Shown here one piece after another: positions 61,901-64,000 of a stretch of 64,000 nt of DNA. Each line of letters begins with the position of its first letter. The first letter of the stretch is position 1. Both the position numbers and the translations under genes were made by a program. Below the pieces are notes generated by a model. That model was not told where the DNA came from and ran no database searches. It was given only the letters and a program-made list of their open reading frames with translations. Location: contig JAPMXV010000043.1 of the NCBI GenBank assembly GCA_026936335.1, positions 310,001-374,000 on the forward strand. Direction: 5' to 3'. This DNA is from Mantamonas sphyraenae STR306 (Eukaryota; Protista; CRuMs).

Positions 61901-61987
61901 CAACTCAAACTCGCCCAGTTCTGTCCTGCGCTTCTTGTTGGCGCGACCACGGTACACCCGCGACCCCAACGATACAACCCCGGACAT
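58940..61987 (-). CDS. Voltage-gated K+ channel with two tandem 6TM Kv units
   Basis: Two S4 segments (IRVIRLARVFRIFK), two TVGYGD filters, two SIPDSFxW pore-helix leads; introns ~61484-61658 and ~60928-61282. Confidence 0.9.
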
Positions 61988-62101
61988 CGATCAGTGAACG
62001 TGTCTGTTCTTATTGTGTCTCTGCGTGCGCTCGGCACAAGTTTCCTCTCTCCCGCCCCAACCACCCAACCACCTCCTCTCATTTGCCCCGTCTCACAGCG
62101 C

Positions 62102-64000
62102 TCACTTGCGTGCTCGTGCATGCACACTGATGACAACAGTGCCGATTTCCTGGTCCTTGCTGTCGACAAGGGCCACCTGTGTGTCGCGCAAACCATCACC
62201 ACGCATCTGTACCACCGACGTGATGTCCAGTTTGGCCGTGCAGAACGGGGTCATGTCTGCGTCCTCGTCCGCCTCCTCTTCGATGTCGTCGTCAAAGAAC
62301 AGCAGTTCCGTCACCATGGGTTTGTCCTCACGCACCGCTGTTTCCACCAGCTTGCGCATCATGCGGCTCGTCTTGGCATCCTTCTGCACGTCAAACGTGT
62401 GCTTCAGCTCCAGGTTCACCATGCCATCGTTGTTCTTGGGCAGGTCCACAAAGTCAAACTCGTGCTTTTCGTTCACAAACGGCAGTGTCACGCCCACGCT
62501 GTGCATCTTGAACTGTGCAGGATCCACCGCCATCTCCTTCAGCTCAAACGTCACACTTTGGATCTCTGGCAGCGACATTTCCTCTTCCCTTTCTCCCTCT
62601 CCATTCCTTCCTGCCTCCTGTGCTTCATCCTCCGCCTCCTTGTCTTGCTTGTCCTTCAGCTGAGCAACCACGGCCGCCATTCCCTGCTCCTTGCTCTTGG
62701 CCTTGGACTTCTCTTGCGCATACTCATTCCCATTCTCCTCCTCCTCCTCCTCCTCCTCTTTCTCCTCCTCTTCAGCCTTTTTCACCGGCTTGGGTGTCTC
62801 CCTGCGTCCCACCAATCCCCGCTTGGGCTGCGATGGCGGACGCCTGCCACTTGCCGGCCGTGGCGGTGCCGTTCCCCCTCGTCCGCCACTCAGAGGTCGT
62901 CTCAAGCTGCTGCTGCTGCTTCCACCACGCCCTGCATCAGTGCCACCCATTCGTCCCCTGGGTGGAGGCAATGCACGCGACGAGGAGGACGAGGACGATG
63001 GTTGCACCTCCTGCACCTCCTGCACCTCCTCGTCCAAGCCTGTGTCTGCACCATCGAGGTCATCGTACGTCGTGTCGTCGTCCCCTTGGCGGCCTTCCTC
63101 CCTGTCCAGCTGCTGCACCCTGCGTGGCGGCGGTGCACGTGGATGATGCCCAGCAAGTTGATCAGGATGGGTTGCCTGGCTTGCCAGGGCGTGTTCCAAC
63201 TCCTGCTTGCGCTGTGCGTTGACGTCGGTGCGACGAAACTCGACGCTGATGCGAATGGTGCCGTTGCGCTTGTCGTCAGCATCCATGATGGGATACTCGC
63301 TGGTGATGGACCCCTCCGTGAGCAGCATGGACAGATCCACCTCGGCCGTGCCAAAGTAAAACTCCGGGTCCGGGTCGTTGTCGTCAAACACATGCACCTC
63401 CAGCTTCTGCGTGCGCAGGTGGTGCTCAAACTGGTCGGTGACCTGCACGGGGAACCGTTTCGTGTCACGCATGACCGGACTGTCACCCTCGGGCGCCACC
63501 TCGGTGGCATACTCTGCATAGTGGTAGAACTGGTAGACAGCATACGCCGCCGCTCCCTGGCCCTTGTTGCCACTGCACTGCCGCTGCCGCTGCTGCGGCC
63601 CGCACGGGTCTTGAGACCGCGACACTCGATCAGCGAGACAAACACCTCGGTGCGATCCTCGTCGGCAATCACCACACCCACCTCGCTGCGCTTGCCCTCG
63701 CTGAGGTAGGGCAACGGCGCCTCCTCGTGGAAGGCGGTCATGTACCGAGCACGGTCGCGGTAGGCGCGTATCTTGTCGCCCATGGGCTTGAGCATGGCCA
63801 TGGACAGGCGCAGGGAACCCACGCGGCCTGCGTAGGGTTCGCTGATGCTGGTCACTGCCACCTCACGCTCCACACGTGCGCCACCGTTGCGCATGAGTTC
63901 GCGCAGGTCGATGTACGCACGTCCCACCTGGTAGTGGTTGACGCCGTGGCATCGGTTGACCTCGAGACACAGCTTGTGCTGGTCCATGAAACCCAACAGA
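62102..64000 (-). CDS. RPGRIP1L: RPGRIP1L/MKS5-like transition-zone C2-domain protein (5' partial)
   Basis: C2-C2 region (YAVYQFY..P...RFPVQVT..L..HVFDDND..YFGTAEVDL), low-complexity linker, C-terminal C2; indel ~63575. Confidence 0.75.

Noticed and set aside
258-63600. Recurrent frameshifts (~260, ~9510, 18930, 22395, 22945, 39934, 42820, 45590, 47213, 50793, 63575) as programmed frameshifting or RNA editing
   Set aside because: All lie at homopolymers or short repeats, fall in unrelated conserved genes and share no slippery motif; best explained as long-read consensus indels.
1-64000. CRISPR arrays, tRNA/rRNA genes, transposases, NRPS genes
   Set aside because: None seen; repeats are microsatellites or codon homorepeats.

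Overview
Gene-dense, GC-rich eukaryotic nuclear DNA from a flagellated protist. Evidence: GT-AG introns often carrying (GT)n/(CA)n tracts, very short intergenic spacers, and the ciliary genes CFAP74, RSPH14 and RPGRIP1L. About 26 protein-coding genes are recognisable by motif: RME-8-like, MsrB, MORN-VPS9, COX15, RPT5, CDK10/11, eIF2-gamma, DBP5, COMMD9, PPR, FIRRM-like, Patched/NPC1-like, PCH2/TRIP13, SepSecS, ARH, ADAT3, BK channel, ATG10 and others. About ten small frameshifts at homopolymers or short repeats look like long-read assembly errors. The most unusual region is 15.3-19.0 kb (minus strand). There a MENTAL (MLN64-N) membrane domain splices in frame onto a long-chain acyl-CoA synthetase, directly downstream of an MbtH-like protein gene, a family known as a bacterial partner of adenylation domains. 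Other oddities are an ALKBH8-type dioxygenase apparently fused to F-box/LRR, a tandem 2x6TM Kv channel, a ~137-nt tail-to-tail coding overlap of TRIP13 and SepSecS, an 8-nt microexon in eIF2-gamma, and a ~240-nt multi-hairpin non-coding element upstream of MsrB. All family calls come from motif recall; no database search was run.
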